Shown in pieces: positions 20,001-29,841 of a stretch of DNA of 60,658 nt (positions are counted from its first letter, which is position 1; every line of letters begins with the position of its first letter). Position numbers and translations under genes: made by a program. Origin of the DNA: Rickettsia typhi (GTDB lineage Bacteria > Pseudomonadota > Alphaproteobacteria > Rickettsiales > UBA1997); contig CAMAXU010000005.1 of the NCBI GenBank assembly GCA_945862455.1, forward strand, positions 1 to 60,658. The letters run 5' to 3'. The notes under the pieces were generated by a model. That model ran no database searches. It was not told where the DNA came from and saw only the letters and a program-made list of their open reading frames with translations.

Positions 20001-21636
20001 TACATACGCCACTACTGTTTGGTTTTTCATCGGGGTTGATGCATTGTGTATCTCCTGCAACATTAAGAAAAAGATTCTCCAGAGTTTCCTTAAAGCATTG
20101 CGCCATTGGCGCGGAAAAGTTTTTCGTATTTATCGGAATTAATTGTGAGTTGTAGCCATAAACATTTTGTGAATCACCTTTTAAATCTTTACAGGAAGCA
20201 GAAATGAAGGCTCCTTCGAGATTACTGCTGCGAACATATGGCAGAATAGGAATCTTGCTGCAATGGTTCATATATTGGCAGAAATTATCTACCAAGGTTG
20301 TGTTAGCAGCATTGACTTTCTTAGTTTCAGTTCCGCCAGCAAGTAAGTGGTTATAAGGACAAACTGAGTAAGTTTTAGCGCAAACATAATTAGATTGGGT
20401 TTTGCTGGCGTAAGCCGCAAATGAAACAGTTTCTATAGTACAAGACGATCCAATTTCACAAAATCCATGATTATATTTCCCCAATCGACCGCCAAGACCA
20501 ATTCTATTTTCTATACAAATGGCATTTTGACTTCTTCTTTTGCAGCAATCATAAGCTTTTTGCATTGAAGCTGATTTTTTGGTGGTTAAGAATCTGTAGC
20601 AGGCATAAACTGGTGCGGCACCGGGTCCGGTCATGTAATATCTCTGTTTTCCGTCTTCATATCCAAGGTTTTGTTTTCTATTAAAAATCACATTTCCCGA
20701 AGAATCTTTTTCGTCAATCGGGTTATCGCAGGAATTATCTCCGTCATCTTTATATTCCATTCCACCATAAATATATTCGCGGTAAAATTTCTTCTCGATG
20801 TCAGCTAAGGCATCATTTTGTTTGCTGGCATCACTTTCAATGCCGAAGGCATTACAAGTTTTTGAATCAACAACAACGCCATTATTAAGAAAAAGATCTT
20901 CTATACATTTGCGATAAGGGCCTTTATCACGCTTCCAAGTAACTTTATCATCCGGAACCCATGACTGCCATTCACTACCACAAACTCTGGCATTTTCATA
21001 AGTATTTCGAGCCACATCCCAAATAATTGCCAAAGCAGAAATTGCAGCTCCAACTGCAGCTGTGTAAGCTGCCACCGAAGAACAACATGTTGCAAGATCA
21101 GTTGCTGAAAGCGCGGCCTGAGTACAAGAAGCAGCATTTCCTGGAATTGCACAGCTAGTTTGCCAAGTACCATATTCATAAAGTCTTGAACCACATTGCT
21201 TGGCTGCAAGAACTTGCCTTACCGCTGTAATTGGAGTTAAAATTGCTGCCGGTAAAATTGCAGCCATTATAGGATATTGTGCAGTTTCAGTAGCAACCCC
21301 AGCGGTGTTTTTTACCATCGGAGGTGAGCACATAATTTTGGAAGTTATATCTGCCGCCATCATCGCTGCTCCAACGCTAGCAACATATCCAATACAAGAC
21401 GGATTGCTCAAATCCCAGTCTATATCTTTGTTATTTGAAAAAGGATCAAATGCTATTGAACCGGTATTACATCTATTGGAATTGGTATCATAACCCCTAC
21501 CCGAATTAAAACCAATGCCATCACGCACACCTTCATAAACGGCGTAAGAATTGTGAGGAGTTAAAGCAGCAAAAACAGCAATAAAAAAGGCGCAGAAAAA
21601 ACTTAGAAATGTTTTTAAAAAACTACGCTGCATCAA
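17023..21636 (-). CDS. virB6: Giant VirB6/TrbL-family type IV secretion protein
   Basis: WDTLDCK motif and TrbL membrane core (SPIAI...F..TKNIFDGW...QPMIL); Cys-rich N-terminus; low-complexity tail. Confidence 0.85.
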   Translation of the reverse strand: MMQRSFLKTFLSFFCAFFIAVFAALTPHNSYAVYEGVRDGIGFNSGRGYDTNSNRCNTGSIAFDPFSNNKDIDWDLSNPSCIGYVASVGAAMMAADITSKIMCSPPMVKNTAGVATETAQYPIMAAILPAAILTPITAVRQVLAAKQCGSRLYEYGTWQTSCAIPGNAASCTQAALSATDLATCCSSVAAYTAAVGAAISALAIIWDVARNTYENARVCGSEWQSWVPDDKVTWKRDKGPYRKCIEDLFLNNGVVVDSKTCNAFGIESDASKQNDALADIEKKFYREYIYGGMEYKDDGDNSCDNPIDEKDSSGNVIFNRKQNLGYEDGKQRYYMTGPGAAPVYACYRFLTTKKSASMQKAYDCCKRRSQNAICIENRIGLGGRLGKYNHGFCEIGSSCTIETVSFAAYASKTQSNYVCAKTYSVCPYNHLLAGGTETKKVNAANTTLVDNFCQYMNHCSKIPILPYVRSSNLEGAFISASCKDLKGDSQNVYGYNSQLIPINTKNFSAPMAQCFKETLENLFLNVAGDTQCINPDEKPNSSGVCTSGYAYQRGYGLKTQSFFLKVQSNLQSIIKLTLTMSIMFFGYMILHGGGSAITKKQLLPYILKIGLVMYFAVGDGWQYGFMKGVLGTSTLLSDIMFRVDESGTSNTLDGCQFPRFNYADQNESTKYSQNASYPPGSEYLRIWDTLDCKIARALGFGPEVSVPNLIFMILGGLLTGGFGIVFVVASFALAFFMISLTIRALHIFLLSITSIIILMYVSPIAITAALFNKTKNIFDGWWKQMLGFTLQPMILFAYLGILITLFDKVIIGDDVRFTGDGKQNPKQMICNDAAKNTSIICIFKIPDIKTFPGLEVLGVGLPMLGSMNQEKLQSIIKAALIMFIFMKFMDQITGFASKLVGGAELNSDWDASASGMAKNAYGTLRGIQERGMRVAKSGFKGVMRAGGQAKSMIGLMGNKGKATTVPDKASSSDHQPTLQGSTENGSDHTRRDSQQPNDRLGEENSGQDNVSETLEKKQKYSEGDGADNVGTEKSGKDSGGSANKSTGDNASTDKVTTDVASPPPPPPPPSPPPSASVGEKTQEEVKVGSGSELTPPAANKEQKVEDDSSASTLTSMNSTLPAAEPVPAPVSSSPPSPSSAVPEKKEVQPTLQGSTENGSDHTRRDSQQPNDRLGEENSGQDNVNETLEKKQKYEQKRSEGDGAGNVGTEKSKATTVPDKASDSDHQPTLQESTENGSDHTPRDSQPTQVDRLGEENSDKDNANKVPEEKRKDEKERSEGAGEDDVGTKNSGEDSGGTTNRSVDNALTDKDSTDEAPPLPTENTQPSYMGSTASSRSRNEATAEKFGVKAHNPGESGGAKKAESVKLEVEGGSSSTPPPPPPSLAASEKKEAAPKREFGGGSTSASRSRNAETNEVHKDKFEKRGVGSHNIGEDKMGTLSKDKAAASAGAGTKVGNTSAAKGPTTNKTLATQSKPTPLTSNKKAGATPSSPPAGGKAASGGKARVSVADATTKASEANKREKAPTSPPKKPAPKPIKL
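17865..18755. repeat. Intragenic repeats in the VirB6 tail
   Basis: About 138 bp nearly identical at 18059-18196 and 18578-18715; more divergent copy at about 17865-18003. Confidence 0.85.
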
Positions 21637-22258
21637 AAATTTTAATTAACTGATTAATTTCTTGATTAGCTGTTTTGAAAGAGGTGCGATTAACCGTCAA
21701 GTAAGAACTAACATCAAGAATTTTCCTAAGTTCAATCATGTCGTTTTCAATAAGTGTTTTGCCACTACTTACTAAATCGAGAATAAAATCACATAAGTTC
21801 AATGTCGGTGCAATTTCAATTGAACCATTGAGTTTTATTGCTTCAGCCTGAATGCCCAATTCAGAAAAATAATTTGAGGCAATTGAAGTATATTTAGTAG
21901 CAATTCTGATGTGGCTTCTTTTTGCTAAATCGAGTTCCACCGATTTTTTGGCAGCAATTGATAAACGACATTTGCCGATTCCCAAATCTAAAACTGGAAA
22001 AATTTCTGAGGAGGAAAATTCTTTCAAAACATCAAGCCCGCAAATGCCAATATCAGCAGCGCCAAATTTAACAAAAGTAGCAACGTCAAAACTGCGAACT
22101 TTAACTAAATCAAGATTTTTGCGATTAGTTGTAAAAACAAGTTTACGTGAAGATTCATTAAAAAAATCAGCTTCTGGAATAATATCACTTCTGGTTAAAA
22201 GCGGCATCAACTCTTCTAAAATCCGACCTTTTGGAACGGCAAATATAATTTTTTTCAT
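21623..22258 (-). CDS. hisG: ATP phosphoribosyltransferase (short form)
   Basis: AVPKGRI, GAADIGICGLDVL and DLVSSGKTL motifs; 211 aa. Confidence 0.95.
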   Translation of the reverse strand: MKKIIFAVPKGRILEELMPLLTRSDIIPEADFFNESSRKLVFTTNRKNLDLVKVRSFDVATFVKFGAADIGICGLDVLKEFSSSEIFPVLDLGIGKCRLSIAAKKSVELDLAKRSHIRIATKYTSIASNYFSELGIQAEAIKLNGSIEIAPTLNLCDFILDLVSSGKTLIENDMIELRKILDVSSYLTVNRTSFKTANQEINQLIKIFDAA

Positions 22259-22262
22259 CTAT

Positions 22263-23489
22263 TTAAAAATTTTTCTGATAACGCATTAAAGCACCGAGAA
22301 CATTTCTGGTTTCTAGACTGGTCCCGAAATTATCGCGCTGGTTTTTATATCCGACTTGAAAAAGTAATTTGTCAAAAAATGAATTTTTTAAAAATTCATA
22401 GCCCATGGAAATTTCAGTTAAATTACTTTTGAAACCATATTGCCCAACATGCGAATTATCACGATTGGCGTAACCTAGAGTTACATTCCAGTTTTCATAA
22501 AAACGATTAATCACATTGCCAGTAAAATATTTTTCACCCACATCAGAATTTCCATTAAGATTTTTAATCGCAGCATATTCCAACAAACCATCAATAATAT
22601 AATTTTTCTTCACCGGATATTTATAATTAATTCCCGCCACAAAACCCTTTTGGTCAGTAATTTTATTTGGATTCACCAAAGAAGCGCGACTATTTACATT
22701 CAAATTAATGTAAGAAAAATGGTAAGATAATTTTTCTTGTTTTGAAAAATCAAAATTAATATCAAGCGAGGTAATATAAGATTGCAATCCTCCAGAATCA
22801 CCGGCAATCGCGTCTGATTTTGAATTTGAATCGCGATCTGTAATCAAAGAATTATCCAAATTTTTGCGATCATTTTTAAAAATTCCGTAGCTGATTTCAT
22901 AAAGCCCCGTAGTTTTTGCATTACCTAAACGATAAATTCCATTCATTCCTAATTTCTCATTTTGTCTGTAATTTTCAGCAATGTTGTAAGTCCAAATACC
23001 GCGATTCCAGCGCCAAGCAGTACCAAAGTTTAAATCAAATTTACCCAACACAAAAGCATGTTTTTTGCTATTGTAAGTTAAGTTTAACTCTTCCAAAAAA
23101 AGTCCTTCATTTTCAAAAGAAATATCACCGCCGCCATTTACAAGATTATTTCTTCTAGCTGCTTCAGAACTCTGATAAACTGGATCTATTCTTATAAAGC
23201 TGTTTAAGGAAAAATTCTTCGCAAAATTATAACCACTAAAAAGACGCATTCTGCCGTAAGTGTCATTATATTCTATTTTACGATTAGTGCTTTGATATTC
23301 GTCATTAAAGTTAGCATCAAGAACCAAGCGATTGGTTAATTTTGGCTTGAAAGAAAATTTTTCCTGCTCGGAAATTTCTTCCGCATTTGCTTCTATTAAT
23401 TGTTTTAGAATTCCTGGCTTCACATCTTCAACTGCTAGAACTTCGCAGGAAAAAAGACTGAAAATCAGAAAGAAGTAAAAAATTTTCAT
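22263..23489 (-). CDS. Outer-membrane beta-barrel (porin-like) protein
   Basis: Signal peptide; GKFDLNFGTAW; alternating beta-strand pattern; C-terminal Y-x-x-x-F. Confidence 0.7.
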   Translation of the reverse strand: MKIFYFFLIFSLFSCEVLAVEDVKPGILKQLIEANAEEISEQEKFSFKPKLTNRLVLDANFNDEYQSTNRKIEYNDTYGRMRLFSGYNFAKNFSLNSFIRIDPVYQSSEAARRNNLVNGGGDISFENEGLFLEELNLTYNSKKHAFVLGKFDLNFGTAWRWNRGIWTYNIAENYRQNEKLGMNGIYRLGNAKTTGLYEISYGIFKNDRKNLDNSLITDRDSNSKSDAIAGDSGGLQSYITSLDINFDFSKQEKLSYHFSYINLNVNSRASLVNPNKITDQKGFVAGINYKYPVKKNYIIDGLLEYAAIKNLNGNSDVGEKYFTGNVINRFYENWNVTLGYANRDNSHVGQYGFKSNLTEISMGYEFLKNSFFDKLLFQVGYKNQRDNFGTSLETRNVLGALMRYQKNF

Positions 23490-23567
23490 TAATTGCTTTT
23501 TAGTCGGGGATACAGAATTTGAAAATTAACTGTCAGTATTTTTCGGACTAACATTTTGAGCAAATTT

Positions 23568-24281
23568 ATGTCAATTGCACTCTTAATCGCAACAAGTTTT
23601 TCTTTTGGATTTTTTGTTGAAAGTATCATTGGTTTCGGCGGCGGTTTAATCGCCTATTCAATTTTAGGATTTTTTCTCGATTTAAAAGAAATAATTTTGG
23701 CTGGATTATATATTTCAACCTGCGCCAGCACTTACATTGCTTACACTGACCTTAAATCTTTTGACAAGAAAATTTTCAAATCCGTAGCTCCTATTTGTTT
23801 ACTTGGAACTATTTTAGGGGTTTTTGTTTTTACTTTTTTTTCTTCTGTAATTTTATCAGTAATATTTGGTATTTTACTGATTTTACTCGCGATAAAAACC
23901 ATTTTTTTTGACAAATTTATTTTTCCAAAAAATTTTAAAACTCAATTATTCTTCATCGGCGGAATTTCCCAAGGCGCCTTCGGAATTGGCGGTCCTTTTA
24001 TTGTCAACGCCTTAAAAAGTGATTTTAAAAATAAATCAGCATTGCGCACAACGATGGCAGTGTTTTTTATGTTTTTTAATTTAGTAAGATTCGCGCAACT
24101 TTCTCTGCAAGGAAAAATTGAACCGGCATTCTTTAGTAAAATTTGGTGGACAATAATTCCGGTTTTTTTAGCGATTCATGTGGGATATAAAATTCACTTA
24201 AAAATCAGCGAAAACTTATTTAAAAAGATGATTGGATTTATAACAATTTTCGCAGGATTAAAATTTTTGACCAAGGTTTGA
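23568..24281 (+). CDS. TauE/SafE (TSUP) family exporter
   Basis: IGFGGGL and GAFGIGGPF motifs; multiple TM segments. Confidence 0.85.
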   Translation: MSIALLIATSFSFGFFVESIIGFGGGLIAYSILGFFLDLKEIILAGLYISTCASTYIAYTDLKSFDKKIFKSVAPICLLGTILGVFVFTFFSSVILSVIFGILLILLAIKTIFFDKFIFPKNFKTQLFFIGGISQGAFGIGGPFIVNALKSDFKNKSALRTTMAVFFMFFNLVRFAQLSLQGKIEPAFFSKIWWTIIPVFLAIHVGYKIHLKISENLFKKMIGFITIFAGLKFLTKV

Positions 24282-24282
24282 T

Positions 24283-24357
24283 CAAAGTTTTTTAAGCGAA
24301 AGTGTTTTAAGCCAAAGTTTTTTAAGCCAAGGTGTTTTAAGCCAAGGTGTTTTAAGA
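24283..24357. repeat. 15-bp tandem repeat x5
   Basis: Consensus CAARGTKTTTTAAGC. Confidence 0.9.
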
Positions 24358-24420
24358 TTTTACCTTGAAAAACCAAAGCCAATCCTTAAAAATACACCAA
24401 TCTAAAAATCAACTTCACTC

Positions 24421-24705
24421 ATGCACCAAAATTTCAAAAAAATCATATTATCACTAATCGCAATTGGTCTTTTATTGAGTTTTCAAATCTCCACTTCCGA
24501 TTTCCACCACGAACAATCGGCAATTCTTGATGCTGCTCAAGATGAAGAATCACCAGAAAATGAAAATTGTGAATTAGAAAAACTCTTCACTCGTCCTTCC
24601 GAAATCATCTCCACTTTCAGAATTTCTTTCTACTTGCCTCAAAATAATGATTTAATTCTTTCGCAAAATCTCTTTGACGTTCCAACATCGCCGCCCAACG
24701 CTTAA
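24421..24705 (+). CDS. Small secreted protein ending PTSPPNA; candidate leader/arrest peptide
   Basis: Signal-like N-terminus, acidic His/Cys-containing middle, C-terminal PP; 50 nt upstream of SulP-CA. Confidence 0.6.
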   Translation: MHQNFKKIILSLIAIGLLLSFQISTSDFHHEQSAILDAAQDEESPENENCELEKLFTRPSEIISTFRISFYLPQNNDLILSQNLFDVPTSPPNA

Positions 24706-24755
24706 AATTCAATTTGCCTCACCACAAGTTTTTCTTAATTATTTGCTAAATTTTC

Positions 24756-26672
24756 ATGAAATCTATTTTTAATAATCTCAAATATGACTTGCCAGCAAGT
24801 CTGGTCGTATTTTTCGTTGCACTTCCACTTTGTTTAGGAATCGCACTTGCATCCGGCGCACCATTATTTTCTGGAATTATCGCAGGCATTGTTGGCGGTA
24901 TTGTTGTTGGTGCTGCAAGTGGCTCAGCACTTGGTGTTAGCGGTCCCGCTGCCGGACTTTCAGTTGTGGTTCTTGGTTATATCGCCGCTCTTGGCGATTC
25001 TTGGCAATCTTTTCTTTTAGCCGTGGTTTTAATGGGCATGATTCAAGTGATTGCCGGATATTTAAAACTCGGCAGCATCGCCCGCTATTTTCCGGAATCG
25101 GTGATAAAAGGCATGTTAACCGGCATTGGTTTAATCATAATTTTAAAACAAATTCCACACGCCATTGGTTACAATTCTGAATTTAAAGATGATTTTGATT
25201 TCGACATTCTCGACAGCCAAAACACTTTCTCAGAATTGTCGCATATGTTTAACTTCATCACTCCAAATGCCATTTTGATTGCCATAGTTTCAATGTTAGC
25301 TCTGATTCTTTGGGAAGAAGTTTTAGCCAAAAAGAATAAAATTTTTAAAGTAATTCCAAGTCCTTTGGTTGCGGTTATTGCTGGGATTATTTTGGGTAGA
25401 TTTTTAGAAATTGATGAAAATAAAATCGTAAAAATCCCCGTTATTTCAAGCTTTGGCGATTTTTTTCAGCAATTTACCTTACCTGATTTTTCACAAATTT
25501 CTAACCCTCAAATTTACGGAATAGCTTTTGTAATGGCAATTATCGCCAGCATTGAAACTTTACTCTGCGTTGAAGCGGCAGATAAACTTGATCCACAAAA
25601 ACGTATAACTCCGACTAATCGCGAATTAAAAGCGCAAGGTTTGGGAAATATTGTTTCTGGATTAATTGGAGGTTTACCAATCACTCAAGTTGTTGTTCGA
25701 TCTAGCGCTAATATCAGCTTTGGCGCCAAAACAAAAATGTCAACAATAGCACACGGATTTTTATTATTAATTTGCGCCCTCGCAATTCCTAATTTGCTAA
25801 ACATGATTCCTCTTGCCACCTTGGCTTGTGTGCTTTTATCGGTTGGTTATAAATTAGCAAAACCCGCGATCTTTAAACAAACTTATCGGTTAGGTTTGGA
25901 GCAATTTATACCGTTTTTAGCAACAATTGCCGGCATGCTTTATTTCGATCTTTTAAAAGGCGTTGGAATTGGCATGGGTTTTGCAACCTTCTTCATTTTG
26001 CGAAATAATTATCATGCTAAAAATGTTTTACAAAATTCCGAGCATCAGGAAGTTTCAGCTTTAACTAAAGAAGTGCGCGACTCTTTAACTCCGACCAAAG
26101 CCTTGCGAATTTTAAAAGATGGCAATCAACGCTTTGTCAATAACCTGAAATTAAACCGCAATCTTTTGCAGCAAATTAACGAAACTTCAGAAGAACAACA
26201 TCCTTTCGCTTTGGTATTGAGTTGCATTGATTCACGAACTTCTGCTGAATTAATTTTCGACCAAGGTTTGGGTGATATTTTTAGCTGTCGAATTGCTGGA
26301 AATATTTTAAATGACGATATTTTAGGCAGCATGGAATTTGCCTGTAAAATTGCTGGTGCCAAATTAATTATGATTTTGGGACACAGCGAATGCGGTGCAA
26401 TTAAAGGCGCTTGTAATAATGTTGAATTGGGAAAATTAACTGGACTTTTGAAAAAAATAAAACCGTCAGTTAAAGCAGCTCATTCAATTAAATCGACTCA
26501 AGATTTTCATGATTTAGAATTTGTAGAACAAGTTGCTACAATCAACGTGCAAGAGGTTGCGAATCAAGTTTTAAAAGATAGCAAGATTATTCGCGATCTT
26601 CACAAAGCTGGTAAAATTGCAATTGCCAGCGGTATGTACAACGTAGCAACTGGAGTTGTAAATTTTTACTAA
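24756..26672 (+). CDS. SulP/SLC26 anion transporter fused to a beta-carbonic anhydrase
   Basis: ALPLCLGIALASG, VSGPAAG and NRELKAQGLGN (SulP); CIDSR and GHSECGA (beta-CA Zn ligands). Confidence 0.93.
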   Translation: MKSIFNNLKYDLPASLVVFFVALPLCLGIALASGAPLFSGIIAGIVGGIVVGAASGSALGVSGPAAGLSVVVLGYIAALGDSWQSFLLAVVLMGMIQVIAGYLKLGSIARYFPESVIKGMLTGIGLIIILKQIPHAIGYNSEFKDDFDFDILDSQNTFSELSHMFNFITPNAILIAIVSMLALILWEEVLAKKNKIFKVIPSPLVAVIAGIILGRFLEIDENKIVKIPVISSFGDFFQQFTLPDFSQISNPQIYGIAFVMAIIASIETLLCVEAADKLDPQKRITPTNRELKAQGLGNIVSGLIGGLPITQVVVRSSANISFGAKTKMSTIAHGFLLLICALAIPNLLNMIPLATLACVLLSVGYKLAKPAIFKQTYRLGLEQFIPFLATIAGMLYFDLLKGVGIGMGFATFFILRNNYHAKNVLQNSEHQEVSALTKEVRDSLTPTKALRILKDGNQRFVNNLKLNRNLLQQINETSEEQHPFALVLSCIDSRTSAELIFDQGLGDIFSCRIAGNILNDDILGSMEFACKIAGAKLIMILGHSECGAIKGACNNVELGKLTGLLKKIKPSVKAAHSIKSTQDFHDLEFVEQVATINVQEVANQVLKDSKIIRDLHKAGKIAIASGMYNVATGVVNFY

Positions 26673-26697
26673 ATGCCGCTGAATAATTCTAAAATAG

Positions 26698-26745
26698 CTC
26701 AGGATGATCTTCTCACATCGTCATCCTGAACTTACTTCAGAATCC
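26698..26745. repeat. REP-like hairpins
   Basis: GCTCAGGATGA...GTCATCCTGAACTTACTTCAGAATCC; similar motifs at 30388, 55314 and 59873. Confidence 0.6.
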
Positions 26746-26775
26746 CTGCGCTAATCTAAAAACATCATTCGTTGA

Positions 26776-27861
<1,086 letters not shown>

Positions 27862-27867
27862 ATAAAA

Positions 27868-27896
27868 TTCCGAGTCTGTTTTTTACAGACTCGGAA
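27868..27896 (+). terminator. Intrinsic terminator after ilvC
   Basis: TTCCGAGTCTGT...ACAGACTCGGAA. Confidence 0.75.
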
Positions 27897-28018
27897 ACCT
27901 TCCTTTTTTCCCGCCTCAAGATCATTTCGAGATAGAAAATTTAAAAATTAATCTAATTTCTTTTCTTTGAATTTGACCTATCTTAAGAATTACCAAAAAT
28001 AATTTTTATAAATTCTCT

Positions 28019-29368
28019 ATGATAAATAACCTTTCAATCATCATCCTTGCTGCTGGCAAAGGCAGTCGTATGAAATCTGATTTGCCGAAAGTAATGCATA
28101 AAGTGGCGAATCGTGAAATGTTAAATTTGGTGATTGATGAAGCTAAAAACTTGAATCCAAAAAATATTACGATTGTGGTTTCACAAGAAATGGAAAATTG
28201 GCAAGAAAAAATTCTTAAAAATCATCCCGAAATTAAAATTTCATTCGCTTTGCAAAAAGAGCGCAAAGGCACAGCGCACGCGGTTTCAATTGCTTTAGAA
28301 AATATTTCCGATTTAGGTGAAAAAACTTTAATTCTTTACGGCGATACGCCACTTACAACTCACACAACTTTAGAAAAAATGTCAAAAAAACTTGATGATT
28401 TTTCTTTGTGTATTTTAGGTTTTGATGATGAAGAAGAAAATGCTTACGGTCGCTTGGTTGTTGATGAAAATGGTCATTTAGCAAAAATTGTTGAGTTTAA
28501 AGATGCCACCGCTGAAGAAAAAAAAATCGCCCTTTGCAATTCCGGCGTTATGGGAGTTGATGGCAAACAGATTAAAAATCTTTTAGCTAAAGTTAAAAAT
28601 GAAAATTCTGTCCAAGAATTTTATTTAACTGACATCGTTGGCATTGCAGGTGAATTGGGATTGAAACGCACTTTTTTAAAAACCAAACTTGAAGAAGTGT
28701 TGGGTGTAAATTCGCGTTTTGAACTGGCAAAAATTGAAGAAATAAAACAACAACAATTAAGAAGAAAAATGATGGATTCTGGCGTAACGCTGCTTGATCC
28801 ATCTTCAGTTTATTTTTCTTTTGACACTAAAATCGCGCAAGATGTTGCGATTCATCCACAAGTTTTTTTTGGACCAAAAGTTATAATTGAAAAAGATGTT
28901 GAGATTAAATCCTTTTCTCACATTGAAGGAGCTAAAATCTCTTCTGGAGCAGTTGTTGGTCCTTTTGCCAGAATTCGTCCCGAAACAGAAATTGGTGAAA
29001 ATGTGCGGGTTGGAAATTTTGTTGAAATCAAAAAATCCCAAATAAAAAAAGGCGCCAAAATTAATCATTTAAGTTATATTGGTGATTCTGAAATTGGCGA
29101 AGAAAGCAATATTGGCGCTGGTACAATCACTTGCAATTATGATGGTTATAATAAATCGAAAACTACCGTCGGTAGAAATGTTTTTATCGGCTCAAATTCA
29201 GCTTTGGTAGCACCTGTTGAAATCGGAGATGGCGCTGTAGTTGGCGCAGGAAGCGTGATTACTAAAAATGTTGCGCCAGATGATTTGGCGGTTTCGCGCA
29301 GCAAACAAATAAATTTACCTGAAGGCGGAAAGAAATTTCACGAGACAAAATCAAAAATAAAAAAATGA
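28019..29368 (+). CDS. glmU: Bifunctional GlmU
   Basis: LAAGKGSRMKS, GPFARIRP and GAGTITCNYDG motifs. Confidence 0.97.
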   Translation: MINNLSIIILAAGKGSRMKSDLPKVMHKVANREMLNLVIDEAKNLNPKNITIVVSQEMENWQEKILKNHPEIKISFALQKERKGTAHAVSIALENISDLGEKTLILYGDTPLTTHTTLEKMSKKLDDFSLCILGFDDEEENAYGRLVVDENGHLAKIVEFKDATAEEKKIALCNSGVMGVDGKQIKNLLAKVKNENSVQEFYLTDIVGIAGELGLKRTFLKTKLEEVLGVNSRFELAKIEEIKQQQLRRKMMDSGVTLLDPSSVYFSFDTKIAQDVAIHPQVFFGPKVIIEKDVEIKSFSHIEGAKISSGAVVGPFARIRPETEIGENVRVGNFVEIKKSQIKKGAKINHLSYIGDSEIGEESNIGAGTITCNYDGYNKSKTTVGRNVFIGSNSALVAPVEIGDGAVVGAGSVITKNVAPDDLAVSRSKQINLPEGGKKFHETKSKIKK

Positions 29369-29841
29369 AGAAATTTTTAGTAACTATTTTAGCATTATTT
29401 TTTTTCACCCTTCCCGCTTATGCTTCGCGGGCTATTAGCGAAGTAAATTATTTTGCTTCTTTGCGATCCAACGAAACCAATGTGCGCTCTGGTCCTGGTC
29501 AAAATTATCCAATAAAATTCACCTTTAAATTGCGCGGTTTACCGGTTCGCGTGATTAGCGAGTATGACAATTGGAATGAAATTGAAGATTATGAAGGTCA
29601 AACTGGTTGGGTTACACAAAGCTTGCTCACCAAAAAAAGAACTTTAATGGTTCGCACCACTAAAAGCTTTGTCAATATGCATGGCAAAGATAGTGAAAAA
29701 TCGCGGATTATTTATCGTTTAGAAAATAACGTGATTGGTGATTATTTAAAATGTCTTGAAGATTGGTGCGGCATTAAGATCAATGGCAAAAAAGGTTGGG
29801 TATTAAAAGTTGATTTATTCGGAACTGACGAAGCTAATTAA
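29365..29841 (+). CDS. Bacterial SH3-domain protein
   Basis: Signal peptide; NVRSGPGQNYPI...GWV; second SH3 repeat ending KGWV. Confidence 0.85.
   Translation: MKKFLVTILALFFFTLPAYASRAISEVNYFASLRSNETNVRSGPGQNYPIKFTFKLRGLPVRVISEYDNWNEIEDYEGQTGWVTQSLLTKKRTLMVRTTKSFVNMHGKDSEKSRIIYRLENNVIGDYLKCLEDWCGIKINGKKGWVLKVDLFGTDEAN

Noticed and set aside
24283-24357. CRISPR array
   Set aside because: Contiguous 15-bp units without spacers; no cas genes in the window
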